A stretch of DNA of 64,000 nt. Source: an uncultured Chloroflexota bacterium (GTDB taxonomy: Bacteria > Chloroflexota > Dehalococcoidia > Lucifugimonadales > CAJXCD01). Location of the stretch: NCBI GenBank assembly GCA_913051545.1, contig CAJXCD010000002.1, positions 152,220 through 216,219 on the forward strand, written 5' to 3'. Shown here piece after piece: positions 26,217 through 35,415 of this stretch. Both the position numbers and the translations under genes were made by a program. Below the pieces are notes generated by a model that ran no database searches, was not told where the DNA came from, and saw nothing but the letters and a program-made list of their open reading frames with translations. Positions within the stretch are counted from its first letter, which is position 1; each line of letters opens with the position of its first letter.

Positions 26217-26900
26217 TTAATAAAAAAGTTTTTCGATACCTTCACGAGTTGCTGACTCTCCTGACACGTATTTAAAAAAGTCTTCCTCATAACTTTTTAT
26301 GCGGGCGGCTTCTTCAGATAATTTATCAGCAACACTAAACGGTATGTTAACAATACCATTTTCGTCTCCGTGCAGGAGGTCACCGCTATTAATCTCTAGG
26401 CCCCCAACTCTTACTGGAATATTGAATTCAAGCTTATATATATTTCCATGAGATACAACTACCCCTGGTGAGAATACATGGAATCCTGGTGCATTTTTTT
26501 GAATTCCTGCTAGATCCCTGACACCGCCATCCGTAATTACTCCAGTTGCCCCTAGTGACTTCAACGCTGCGCAAATCATGTCTCCAAAGAAACAAGATCT
26601 TAGATTGTCATTACCTACATCTTTAGCTACTATGATAACTGGTTTTTGCGATGCCATTACTGCATCGAAAGAGTCACCTATTCTTGAATCTTGACGTGGT
26701 CTTGATGTTGTACTATCCATCGTGCAAGTGACGGCGAATCCAACCATTGGGGGCAGGGTAGGGAATTGACATTTTAATTCCATTGAAGCGTAGCCCTCAG
26801 TTCTGTCCCTGACATTAAAAGATTCAATTGCGTTAGAGATCGTAGCACTGTCAAAATTTGCCAATTCATTCAATGTACTTTGATATAGGTCTTTACTCAT
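26217..26900 (-). CDS. RraA family protein / 4-hydroxy-4-methyl-2-oxoglutarate (HMG/CHA) aldolase-like
   Basis: ATISNAIE, and FFGDMICAALKSLGATGVITDGGVRD, the RraA/aldolase signature region. Confidence 0.75.
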   Translation of the reverse strand: MSKDLYQSTLNELANFDSATISNAIESFNVRDRTEGYASMELKCQFPTLPPMVGFAVTCTMDSTTSRPRQDSRIGDSFDAVMASQKPVIIVAKDVGNDNLRSCFFGDMICAALKSLGATGVITDGGVRDLAGIQKNAPGFHVFSPGVVVSHGNIYKLEFNIPVRVGGLEINSGDLLHGDENGIVNIPFSVADKLSEEAARIKSYEEDFFKYVSGESATREGIEKLFY

Positions 26901-27056
26901 TTCCTAGTGCATCTCCTTTTGTTTCTCAATCGGTCTGGTCGGACATTTCTCAGAATGTTTGCCTGTAAGAATACACGTATATCACATTTCATATCAATTT
27001 GTTAAAAATTTTCTGTACTACTGTGATAATATGCTCTCAAAAGGAGGCCTGATCAC

Positions 27057-27281
27057 ATGTACAAAGTAGGAGTAGTAGCACTATTAATAGGAGTAGCTAT
27101 TCTGGCCTCTTATTGGGTTATTGCAGTGATGTCAGCAGTGTTTTTTGAAGACGAAGTTCCTATTCTGATAAAAATTGCTATTCCAGCAGTATTCGTAGGG
27201 TCCGCTCTTTTATTTATCACTACGATTCGTGACAGGATGCGCGATAAGAAGAAAGAAAATTTCAAGGAGGTGAAATATTGA
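27057..27281 (+). CDS. small membrane protein, hypothetical
   Basis: 74 aa with 2 TM segments, an AAAGGAGG RBS, and a 4-nt overlap (TTGA) with the downstream YbjQ-like gene. Confidence 0.5.
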   Translation: MYKVGVVALLIGVAILASYWVIAVMSAVFFEDEVPILIKIAIPAVFVGSALLFITTIRDRMRDKKKENFKEVKY

Positions 27282-27592
27282 TTTTCTCAACTACAGATAC
27301 CATTGAAGGTCGTAAGATAGTTGAAGTGGTGGGCGTTATCAGTGCGAGTACTGTACGTGCCCGCAACATTGGGAGAGATATAACAGCAGGGTTTAGGAAT
27401 ATTGTTGGCGGCGAAGTTTCTGAATACACTTCACTTATGGCCCAATCTCGAGAAGAAGCCTTGCAGAGACTTCAGTCTGTAGCCGAATCCAGGGGCGCCA
27501 ATGCGGTGGTAGGAATGCGTTTTATGACATCGATGATTGCTCAAGGTTCAGCTGAGATTCTCGCTTACGGTACGGGTGTGGTGATAGAGTGA
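27278..27592 (+). CDS. YbjQ/UPF0145 family protein
   Basis: TTDTIEGRKIVEVVGVISASTVRARNIGRDITAGFRNIVGGEV..Y......R.EAL.RL...A...GANAVVGMRF matches the UPF0145 pattern across its full length. Confidence 0.8.
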   Translation: MIFSTTDTIEGRKIVEVVGVISASTVRARNIGRDITAGFRNIVGGEVSEYTSLMAQSREEALQRLQSVAESRGANAVVGMRFMTSMIAQGSAEILAYGTGVVIE

Positions 27593-27668
27593 TATTCCTT
27601 CAATTGCTTCGATATGATACAACAACGACTACTTTACACAATGTGAAAGTGAGTCGATTCCGGACATA

Positions 27669-29123
27669 GTGAAACTTCTATTTTTTGATGACTCTCAATT
27701 TTGGTCGAAACACAATCTTGTCCGCAAACTTGGATCTCCAGATCTAATCCCTGAAGCCACAATTTTAGATCCCAATGCTGAACTGGCTTTTGCATACCCC
27801 ACTGTTTTTCCTAACGAGGATACTGGTGGGTGGAGATGCCTTTATCAAGGTTTATTGTCAGGCGGGAATAATTTGAGCGGTCACCCATCCATAGTTCCCG
27901 GAATTAGTCATTTCGCTGCATGTGTGGCAGATAGTGATGATGGAATGTACTGGACTTTTCCTGATTTATCAGCCAGTGTTCCAATTGCAGAGAGACGTAT
28001 TCCTAATCAGGTGGAGCCTGCTCTCTGGGACATGTTCGGTGAATGGGGACCATCATATTATGATGAGAACGCACAAAACCCTGAAGAGCGCATAAAGGGT
28101 TTTGTGTGTAAGGGTCATGGTCCTAGCACAGGTATTAAGGATTCATGGATAGTAACATCTCCCGACGGACTCAAATGGTCAGGAGATTTGAACAGTCCTA
28201 GGTGGCATCCTTACGGAAGCGATCCAACAGTGTCAGCTTTTTGGAGTGATCATCGTGAAGCTTACATTTTAATTATTAGACCAAATAATGGCGACCGGCG
28301 GATAGCAGTTATGGAAACCAGCGACTGGAAAGAGTTTTCAAGACCGGAGTTGGCCCTTTGGACGGATTCATTGGATCCAGACTTAGCAGAAATATATGGT
28401 ATGCCATCGTTTCCTTACGGAGGCATTTATATTGGACTGGTGTGGCTTTACAGGGTACCGCCCCTGAGTGAGGAGTATGGCAAATTTACCGCTGGCCGAA
28501 TCGATTGCCAATTGGCATACAGTTATGATGGGTTGCACTGGAACCGCTCTTTACGAAATAGTTTCATACCTAACGCGAGTCCAGGAGAGGTTGGGTTTGG
28601 GTGTATCTTGCCTTCGAGCATGATTCTGACTGATAACGAAATTCGGTTTTATTCTTCTGCTTCTATTCCAGAGCATGCTGTTTATGATGACTCTTTGGGG
28701 TTGAATAATGGGGCTATTCTTATGCATCGTATGAGAATAGACGGGTTTGTGTATCTGGAGTGTCCCGGCGGTGTTTCGTATTTCAGGACAAGAGCTATGT
28801 TGATAGAGGGGCCTAAACTTTTCCTAAATGCTAAGGTGCCAAATGGTGAAATTAAGGTTGAGATTACAGATTTGGAAGGAACACCCATAGAAGGTTACGG
28901 TTTGGATGATTGCACACCATGTACCGTAGACTCGATATCGTGGGAACCACGGTGGAAAGATGGCAGAAATCTGGAAGATATACGAGGGAAAGCTGTTCAG
29001 TTAGGTATAAGTTTTAGAGGTGGGCAGTTGTATTCTATAAGTGGTGAGTTCCAGATGATGACTGCGAAAGAGGGAATGCGTTATGTTTCCTTCGGTACAC
29101 CCCCAGATCCTAAGAATTGGTAG
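27669..29123 (+). CDS. hydrolase-like beta-propeller + C-terminal beta-sandwich protein, paralogue A
   Basis: It shares an architecture and blocks with 33930..35390 and 41785..43284: FDD near the N-terminus, SDDGMYWT, and C-terminal RIDGFVYLE followed by a sandwich ending in a ...L.ISF...LYS pattern. No signal peptide. The fold assignment is an inference. Confidence 0.5.
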   Translation: MKLLFFDDSQFWSKHNLVRKLGSPDLIPEATILDPNAELAFAYPTVFPNEDTGGWRCLYQGLLSGGNNLSGHPSIVPGISHFAACVADSDDGMYWTFPDLSASVPIAERRIPNQVEPALWDMFGEWGPSYYDENAQNPEERIKGFVCKGHGPSTGIKDSWIVTSPDGLKWSGDLNSPRWHPYGSDPTVSAFWSDHREAYILIIRPNNGDRRIAVMETSDWKEFSRPELALWTDSLDPDLAEIYGMPSFPYGGIYIGLVWLYRVPPLSEEYGKFTAGRIDCQLAYSYDGLHWNRSLRNSFIPNASPGEVGFGCILPSSMILTDNEIRFYSSASIPEHAVYDDSLGLNNGAILMHRMRIDGFVYLECPGGVSYFRTRAMLIEGPKLFLNAKVPNGEIKVEITDLEGTPIEGYGLDDCTPCTVDSISWEPRWKDGRNLEDIRGKAVQLGISFRGGQLYSISGEFQMMTAKEGMRYVSFGTPPDPKNW

Positions 29124-29174
29124 ACTTTCTAGTGAACGTTTCTGTAAGACATAAATAATTGTTGAAGGAAGTAT

Positions 29175-29921
29175 TTACCTCCTTGATTGAAGTTTGGCCA
29201 GTAACCTTAGTATTTCAAGATAGAGCCATACTAATGTAACCATTAAACCAAGAGCAGCCCTCCATTCCATGTACTTAGGTAATCCTTTTTCTGCTGCTTC
29301 CTCAATGAAATCAAAATCCAGCACTAGGTTTAAGGAAGCTATTACTACAACGAATAAACTGAATCCTATGCTGAGTAATGAGCTGTTGTTGATGTCCATA
29401 ATTGGCATTTGCCCCATGCCGAACATCGACATAAAAATACTGACTAAGTACAGTATAACTATTCCGCCAGTAGCCGCTCCTACCATGAGTTTGAAATTTT
29501 CTGTAGCTTTAATTATTCGTGATTTATACGCGGCTAAAAGAGAGAAAAATATTCCAGCGGTCAGTACGATAGCCTGGGTAACAATGCCGTCGTACATTAG
29601 GTTAAACAAGAATGAAATACCTCCCAGAGCTGCACCTTCGAACACAGCGTACAGGGGAACAGTTTTGGGTGACCATTGAGGTTTGAACATAGTAACTATC
29701 ACTAAAACCAAACCAACCAGAAAGCCGATTATCATAAAAGCTAATATTTCAAAAACGTATGTAACCACCCCTGAGGTTAATAAAATTAACAGGCTGATGA
29801 TAGTCTTGTTAACGGTTCCGTCAATCGTCATTACATTTTCAGTGGCTTCATAATTACCTGAAAACGTTTTCGCGGAAAGTACAGGGTTGCCTGATCGTAA
29901 CGTCATATGACTGTTTCGCAT
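29175..29921 (-). CDS. Bax inhibitor-1/YccA family membrane protein
   Basis: 7 TM segments, an N-terminal SGNPVLS... segment, and a basic C-terminus (KLQSRR), typical of BI-1-like proteins. Confidence 0.7.
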   Translation of the reverse strand: MRNSHMTLRSGNPVLSAKTFSGNYEATENVMTIDGTVNKTIISLLILLTSGVVTYVFEILAFMIIGFLVGLVLVIVTMFKPQWSPKTVPLYAVFEGAALGGISFLFNLMYDGIVTQAIVLTAGIFFSLLAAYKSRIIKATENFKLMVGAATGGIVILYLVSIFMSMFGMGQMPIMDINNSSLLSIGFSLFVVVIASLNLVLDFDFIEEAAEKGLPKYMEWRAALGLMVTLVWLYLEILRLLAKLQSRR

Positions 29922-29970
29922 TTTTAAATCCTACTTGTTTAAGCGCATACTTAGGGTTAGTTTATTAAGT

Positions 29971-30762
29971 TTATACTAACTTTATTAAGGCGTTATCATC
30001 AACGGGGTTTAGGGGCGTAAAATCTCGATTGTTCTGATACCACGGTCGATCGTCCTTCTTACAAGCGTTGGTGACAGCATTGTAGTTCAGGTACATAATG
30101 GCTCTTCGCCATGGAGATACGTTATTAGAGGACCCGTGTACAACATTACAGTGTACTAACGCTACGGATCCTGCCGGTCCAATAAGTGGTTCAATCCCGT
30201 TGGATTGCGCAAGTTTTTCTAATACTGCACTGTCTATATGATGTAATTCATATCCTTGTCCTTTTGCATCATCGTGAAGTTTAGAATCAAGCAAGCCGTA
30301 GTGTTGAGATCCAGGGACGACGAGTAGTGGAGACGTCACCGCATTGCAGTCATCTATAAAAACAGATGCCATAATGCATTTTGATTCCGGCATTCCATCA
30401 ATTAGGTGCCAAGGAGGAAAATCCTGATGCCATTCCCATCCCCCTCCAGTACCAAATCCTGGCTTGGGATTCAGCCTACTCTGGTGGAGGTATATATCAT
30501 CTTCTAAGAGTTGTTTAATTGGTTCTAACATTCGAGGAAGTAAAGACAACAGTCGGAATTCTTCTGCGTAAGTATGAGCACCAAAAGCTAACCTGGCAGT
30601 AGTTGGATCTCCCTTTTCTCTTACCACTTCAGGCCCTTGTCTAGACAGTATTGTTGGTATCGACTGTTGAAGAATTGAGACTTCTTGTTTATCTAGAAGA
30701 CTTTCAAATAATATAAAGCCACGATTGTTGAACTCTTCAATTTGGGATGATTTGAGTTTCAT
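29971..30762 (-). CDS. PhyH-superfamily Fe(II)/2OG dioxygenase, ectoine-hydroxylase (EctD)-like
   Basis: The N-terminal QIEEFNNRGFILFESLL, and WEWHQDFPPWHLIDGMP. The latter matches about 10 of 17 positions of the EctD signature F-x-WHSDFETWH-x-EDGMP. The distal His lies in LVHCNVVHGS. Confidence 0.7.
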   Translation of the reverse strand: MKLKSSQIEEFNNRGFILFESLLDKQEVSILQQSIPTILSRQGPEVVREKGDPTTARLAFGAHTYAEEFRLLSLLPRMLEPIKQLLEDDIYLHQSRLNPKPGFGTGGGWEWHQDFPPWHLIDGMPESKCIMASVFIDDCNAVTSPLLVVPGSQHYGLLDSKLHDDAKGQGYELHHIDSAVLEKLAQSNGIEPLIGPAGSVALVHCNVVHGSSNNVSPWRRAIMYLNYNAVTNACKKDDRPWYQNNRDFTPLNPVDDNALIKLV

Positions 30763-30793
30763 AGTTTTCTCGTTGGCACAGTGCTTATCAGAC

Positions 30794-31837
30794 TTATTCT
30801 ACAATAATGGGTAAATTAGTTTTGATAGATTCAAGTATTGACAAAACACTGGATAGCGATTTGGCAGCGTCACTACTAGTGACTGCAGGATCTGAGCGAC
30901 CAACAATAACATCGCAGAAATGATCTAGTTGATTTACAAGGGGGTCGCTTCTTTTGACTGAAATCTCCGATTTTTCCATTGGATATTGCCATCCGGCTAA
31001 TTTCATATCAGGGTAATTCCAGAATTCCATGGTTGGAAATGCCAGTGATCCTTGTGTACCAAAGAAATAGTAGCAATCCTTATTGGTGTGGAAATAGTAA
31101 GGGTTTTCATGAGTTGTGGATTCATATGACCACGGTGAAGATGCTGAATCTGATGCGATTATAGATGCTACTACCCCATTTTTGAGTGACACGGATATGT
31201 TCAAAGAGTCTTCGACTTCTAGATTTCGTGTATTTGAGCTCGCCTGAGCATATACCTTAGTGATGTCTCCACAAATAAATCTGAGTATATCGATTTCGTG
31301 GATTAAATTTATTAGTACTGGTCCTCCTTCAGGTCTCTTTGTACGCCACTCTTGATCGAAATATTCTGATGGTTTAAGTAGCGTCCATATCATTGAGGCA
31401 GCCACAAGTTTTCCTAGCTTTCCGCTTTGGATAACCTCTCTCGCCTTCATAACTAAAGGACTGTGTCTTCTATGATGACCGATAAGTATTTTGATTCCAG
31501 AATCGTTTTCTAGTCTGATGATATGACGTGCAGACTCAATATTGTCAGCTATAGGTTTTTCGATCAGGACATGAACGGTGTATTTTGCACATATTTCCGC
31601 TATGGAAGCGTGTTGCCCGTTGGGAGTAGCAATTATTGCTCCTTCTGGTCTTTCGTTCTTAAGGAGGTCAGATATACTTTCGTAGAAGGGTACGCCTAAT
31701 TCATCAGCTAAGCGTTTGTTTTCCGGGTTAACATCACAGATGCCAGCAAGCGAACACTTGTTGCTGTTTGTTATAGTTTCCGCATGTTTTCTGCCTATTA
31801 AGCCAGCACCGATGACGGCTATTTTTACAGTCGTCAA
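30794..31837 (-). CDS. Gfo/Idh/MocA family NAD(P)-dependent oxidoreductase
   Basis: VKIAVIGAGLIGRKHAE Rossmann start, an EKP motif (VLIEKPIA), and 347 aa. The start codon is TTG. Confidence 0.8.
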   Translation of the reverse strand: MTTVKIAVIGAGLIGRKHAETITNSNKCSLAGICDVNPENKRLADELGVPFYESISDLLKNERPEGAIIATPNGQHASIAEICAKYTVHVLIEKPIADNIESARHIIRLENDSGIKILIGHHRRHSPLVMKAREVIQSGKLGKLVAASMIWTLLKPSEYFDQEWRTKRPEGGPVLINLIHEIDILRFICGDITKVYAQASSNTRNLEVEDSLNISVSLKNGVVASIIASDSASSPWSYESTTHENPYYFHTNKDCYYFFGTQGSLAFPTMEFWNYPDMKLAGWQYPMEKSEISVKRSDPLVNQLDHFCDVIVGRSDPAVTSSDAAKSLSSVLSILESIKTNLPIIVE

Positions 31838-31926
31838 CTTCGTCCCCGCATTCTACGATGGTTTAAGGATAAGTTTTCCTGTAAGTAAGGCATGACATAT
31901 TGAGACATGTGCTGTTTTACAGTTAT

Positions 31927-32787
31927 TTAGTCCCTTACCCAGTGTCTCATTAAGGGTTTGACATTCTTAGGTAATCGATTGAAGATTTCTGTAGAGATTG
32001 GGGCTACTTCATTTTCTTGTGCCTGTGGTTCTATCACCATTCTTTGACGTTCATCCGAACCTGGCATTAGTACATCTAGATTTAGCCACCATGGGGCGTA
32101 CCGCACAGCTAAGCCAACTCTAGGACTTTCAGTAGTGTTTGCAGATGTGGCATGCCACAGGCGGCTGTCAAACATAAGTACGTCGCCTGAATTCCCAGTT
32201 ACGTTAATTTCATCAGGGTGTACCAAATTAGGATCTAAATCGTTGTCCCCCGTTGGATTGTCATTAAATGTGTGGCTTCTTGGTACAACTAGCGTTCCAC
32301 CATTTTCTTTGCTGAAAGGGGACAACATCCAGATGGTTGTGATGTGTGCTATAAAATCAGGGTATGGGGAAGGAATATGACCTGCAGTTTTTTGATTGAA
32401 AGGCCAGTCTGAATGCCATCCTCCCCTGGCATTGCCAGGCATGTTGATTATTGAAGTTGTGTATGATATCCGGACATGAGGACCAAGAATCGAATCTACT
32501 GTACCTAAAATATTAGGGTGAGGCAGGTATTTAGCGAAGGACTGGTCGTGCGCAAGCAGACCCTTGGTTGCACTTACATCGCTAGGTAGGAAGGTGCTAA
32601 CGCTATTTGCGCCTTTTTTGACTGCCTTATCATTGTCTTCATAGCCACTACTTGTTCTTAGTGTAGTTTTTAGTACGCTGTCCCTGACATCGTCTACTTC
32701 CCCTGCAGGGATAACAGAAGGTATCACGCACCAACCCTCATCAATCACCTGTCGCATAATATTTTTAGTGTTCAAATTATTCCCCAT
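31927..32787 (-). CDS. phytanoyl-CoA dioxygenase (PhyH) family protein
   Basis: VIDEGWCVIPSVI, GWHSDWPF (H-x-D), VVPRSH, and RLWHATSANTTESPRVG. Confidence 0.75.
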   Translation of the reverse strand: MGNNLNTKNIMRQVIDEGWCVIPSVIPAGEVDDVRDSVLKTTLRTSSGYEDNDKAVKKGANSVSTFLPSDVSATKGLLAHDQSFAKYLPHPNILGTVDSILGPHVRISYTTSIINMPGNARGGWHSDWPFNQKTAGHIPSPYPDFIAHITTIWMLSPFSKENGGTLVVPRSHTFNDNPTGDNDLDPNLVHPDEINVTGNSGDVLMFDSRLWHATSANTTESPRVGLAVRYAPWWLNLDVLMPGSDERQRMVIEPQAQENEVAPISTEIFNRLPKNVKPLMRHWVRD

Positions 32788-32878
32788 ATAAAATTACTTA
32801 TTATTTATATTACATTATAATTCCAAAGATTATAGAATGCCACGAAAATGGCTGTAATGAAAGGTTTGGCATTACAGG

Positions 32879-33874
32879 ATGCAGTTTATCTGCAAAAATT
32901 GTAATCAGCGGATGAAATCACAGGATGTGGTTGGTGCTGGTAACGGTACCATGTATGTCTCATCATTTTGTGCCAAATGTGGTGGGAGATTTACACTATT
33001 GTCCAATCAGGGAGAGACCCTCTTCCTTAAGGCTGTTAATGCTGGTCCTTCCGGGCAAGAATTGATGTCACGGGTTTTAGAACAGGCACAAGCGACTCTT
33101 CCATTGGCTGTTGATCAGTCGAATTCAGATATCCTGAATACTGGGGTTAACTGGGAGGATATTAGAGATGAATGGATTCGTATTTACCCTGGGAAATATA
33201 CTATGGGATCACCTGAGTCTGAGCCGGGCAGGGAAATTGACGAATTCCTACATGAAGTACATATTAGTGGAAATTTTCTACTTGGTAAATGTGTTGTTAC
33301 TCAGGGTCAATGGGAATCGATTATGGGGACAACTCCCTGGATAGATGGAGGTATGCTTTCTAGTAATCCCGCCATGCCCGCTGTATTTGTGTCATGGGAA
33401 GACACACAACGTTTCATAGAGAAACTTAATGGTAGTGAGGGAGGTAACTTTTATAGACTTCCCACGGAAGCTGAGTGGGAGTATGCTTGCCGAGCAGGGA
33501 CAACTTCGATGTGGTCTTTTGGGGAAGATCGACATATTTTAGGAAACTATGCCTGGTACGTCGAAAGTGAATCCAAGATGGAAGACCAGTATCCGAGAGA
33601 AGTAGGGACTAGAATTGCTAACCCCTGGGGTCTGCATGATATGCACGGTAATGTATGGGAGTGGTGTCATGATGTTTACGACCATGATTACTACTCTAGA
33701 TCTCCTTTAGTAGATCCGAAAGGCCCAGAGGGATCAAGTAAGTCACCGAGAGTTGTTAGGGGTGGGTATTACAGGTATTTCACGAGGCACTCCAGATCAG
33801 CCTCAAGAAACGCAAGGGATCCTTTTGAAAGGCACAGATCCGTGGGATTCAGACTAGTGAAAAATATAATCTAG
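32879..33874 (+). CDS. formylglycine-generating-enzyme (FGE/SUMF1)-family domain protein with N-terminal zinc ribbon
   Basis: N-terminal CKNC...CAKC (CxxC-x28-CxxC). The FGE-sulfatase domain blocks are GKYTMGSPESEPGR, VSWEDTQRFIEKLN, YRLPTEAEWEYACRAG, NPWGLHDMHGNVWEWCHD, RVVRGG and VGFRLV. Confidence 0.8.
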   Translation: MQFICKNCNQRMKSQDVVGAGNGTMYVSSFCAKCGGRFTLLSNQGETLFLKAVNAGPSGQELMSRVLEQAQATLPLAVDQSNSDILNTGVNWEDIRDEWIRIYPGKYTMGSPESEPGREIDEFLHEVHISGNFLLGKCVVTQGQWESIMGTTPWIDGGMLSSNPAMPAVFVSWEDTQRFIEKLNGSEGGNFYRLPTEAEWEYACRAGTTSMWSFGEDRHILGNYAWYVESESKMEDQYPREVGTRIANPWGLHDMHGNVWEWCHDVYDHDYYSRSPLVDPKGPEGSSKSPRVVRGGYYRYFTRHSRSASRNARDPFERHRSVGFRLVKNII

Positions 33875-33929
33875 TACCGTAATTTAAAGAGGATATCATT
33901 ATGCAATTAGATGGATTAGGAGGGATATT

Positions 33930-35390
33930 ATGATACTACTTGCAATTGACGATTACTCACTTCAATTCAGGCGAAACCTGTGCTATTACATGTCTAAGCC
34001 AACTGTAAGGAAAGAGCCAGTATTACAACCCAGTAAAGATAGTCCAAAAGCGCCTGACAGACAGGTTGCTAACTTTTACGGAACTGTTTTATATGATGAA
34101 GGTAAGTATCGTATGTGGTATTACGGCATGAATGAAGTTCTGCCAATCGCTTATCAGACCAGTATGATTTGTTATGCTGAGAGTGATGACGGCATCAATT
34201 GGACTAAGCCGAATCTTGGACAGATAGAATGCAAGGGTAGTTCAAATAATAATGCTATATATTTTCCAGGCATACAAAGTCCGGGTGCATGTGTCATTAA
34301 AGATGAAGATGATCCTGATCCCCAACGTAGGTACAAATTAGTATATGATCCACTGCAGGAAAAAGGTCCCATAAGAGATAGTTTCGGGGTTCCTGTATCA
34401 ACACTAGCTACAGCAACTAGTCCTGATGGTATCAACTGGAAGTTGGGATCCGGTTGGCCTATAGATGTCTTTTCGGAACTTTCCTCTTTCTATAAGCATG
34501 AAGGTATGTACTATGTGCATGGTCAAGGTATCTTTTCAGGTGGAGGAGAGGGTGGCAGCGAAGTTGGTAGGCAGGGATACTTGTGGGTCTCTCCAGATTT
34601 TGAGAACTGGGTTCAAGGCTGGGCTGAAGCATTTACACTGCCTGAACCATCGGATCCAAATAAGAGAGGTTATGAACACTCATACGACCAGGTTCATTTA
34701 GGAATTGGAGCAGCCAATTTCGGTAATGTCCAGGTTGGTCTGTTTGGTCGTTGGCGCCCTGGTAAAGGGGAACCACCTATCCACACACTCAAAGGTATAG
34801 AAGGTGATTTGGGACTTGTAGTTAGTAGTGATGGCATGCATTTTCGAGAACCAGTCAAGAGTCACATCTACATATCTGCCGCTGATTCGTTGGTTACTCC
34901 TCGTGAGGGTAAGGACTATCCTACTATATTGTGTCAGTACAATGGAATATTGAATGTAGGCGATGAAACTCGAATATATCATGGACGGTGGCGAAACGCA
35001 GGTTTGACAGAGGATTATCATACAGAGATAGCCCTTGCTACACTTCCTAGAGACAGGTGGGGTGCATTAGGTTTATTCCCTAAACAGTCTGAAGGTTGGG
35101 TCTGGTCTGCTCCGATTACATTACCTGAAAAGGGTCTCGAAATATCGATTAACGCTGATAATGAAGATCTGTTTGAATTAGAACTTTCAGATTCAGAATT
35201 TCGTCTGATACCTGAATTTTCAGGAGAGAACGCTGGGGTTGTAAATTCAGAGGGAGGAATCGAGTCCCGAGTTTCTTGGTCTGGAGACATATCCAGAATT
35301 GCAGGGTCTGAAGTTAGGATTAAGATCAACATGGCTGCTAGAGATAATCTACAACCTAAACTGTATGCGGCATATGTCAATGGGCAATAA
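33930..35390 (+). CDS. hydrolase-like beta-propeller + beta-sandwich protein, paralogue B
   Basis: LAIDDYSL..., KYRMWYYG, YAESDDGINWTKPNLGQIECKGSSNNNAIYFPG (nearly identical in paralogue C), and a C-terminal sandwich ending EVRIKINM...LYAAY. Confidence 0.55.
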   Translation: MILLAIDDYSLQFRRNLCYYMSKPTVRKEPVLQPSKDSPKAPDRQVANFYGTVLYDEGKYRMWYYGMNEVLPIAYQTSMICYAESDDGINWTKPNLGQIECKGSSNNNAIYFPGIQSPGACVIKDEDDPDPQRRYKLVYDPLQEKGPIRDSFGVPVSTLATATSPDGINWKLGSGWPIDVFSELSSFYKHEGMYYVHGQGIFSGGGEGGSEVGRQGYLWVSPDFENWVQGWAEAFTLPEPSDPNKRGYEHSYDQVHLGIGAANFGNVQVGLFGRWRPGKGEPPIHTLKGIEGDLGLVVSSDGMHFREPVKSHIYISAADSLVTPREGKDYPTILCQYNGILNVGDETRIYHGRWRNAGLTEDYHTEIALATLPRDRWGALGLFPKQSEGWVWSAPITLPEKGLEISINADNEDLFELELSDSEFRLIPEFSGENAGVVNSEGGIESRVSWSGDISRIAGSEVRIKINMAARDNLQPKLYAAYVNGQ

Positions 35391-35415
35391 TTCTACGATA
35401 TATGGTTCATAAATA

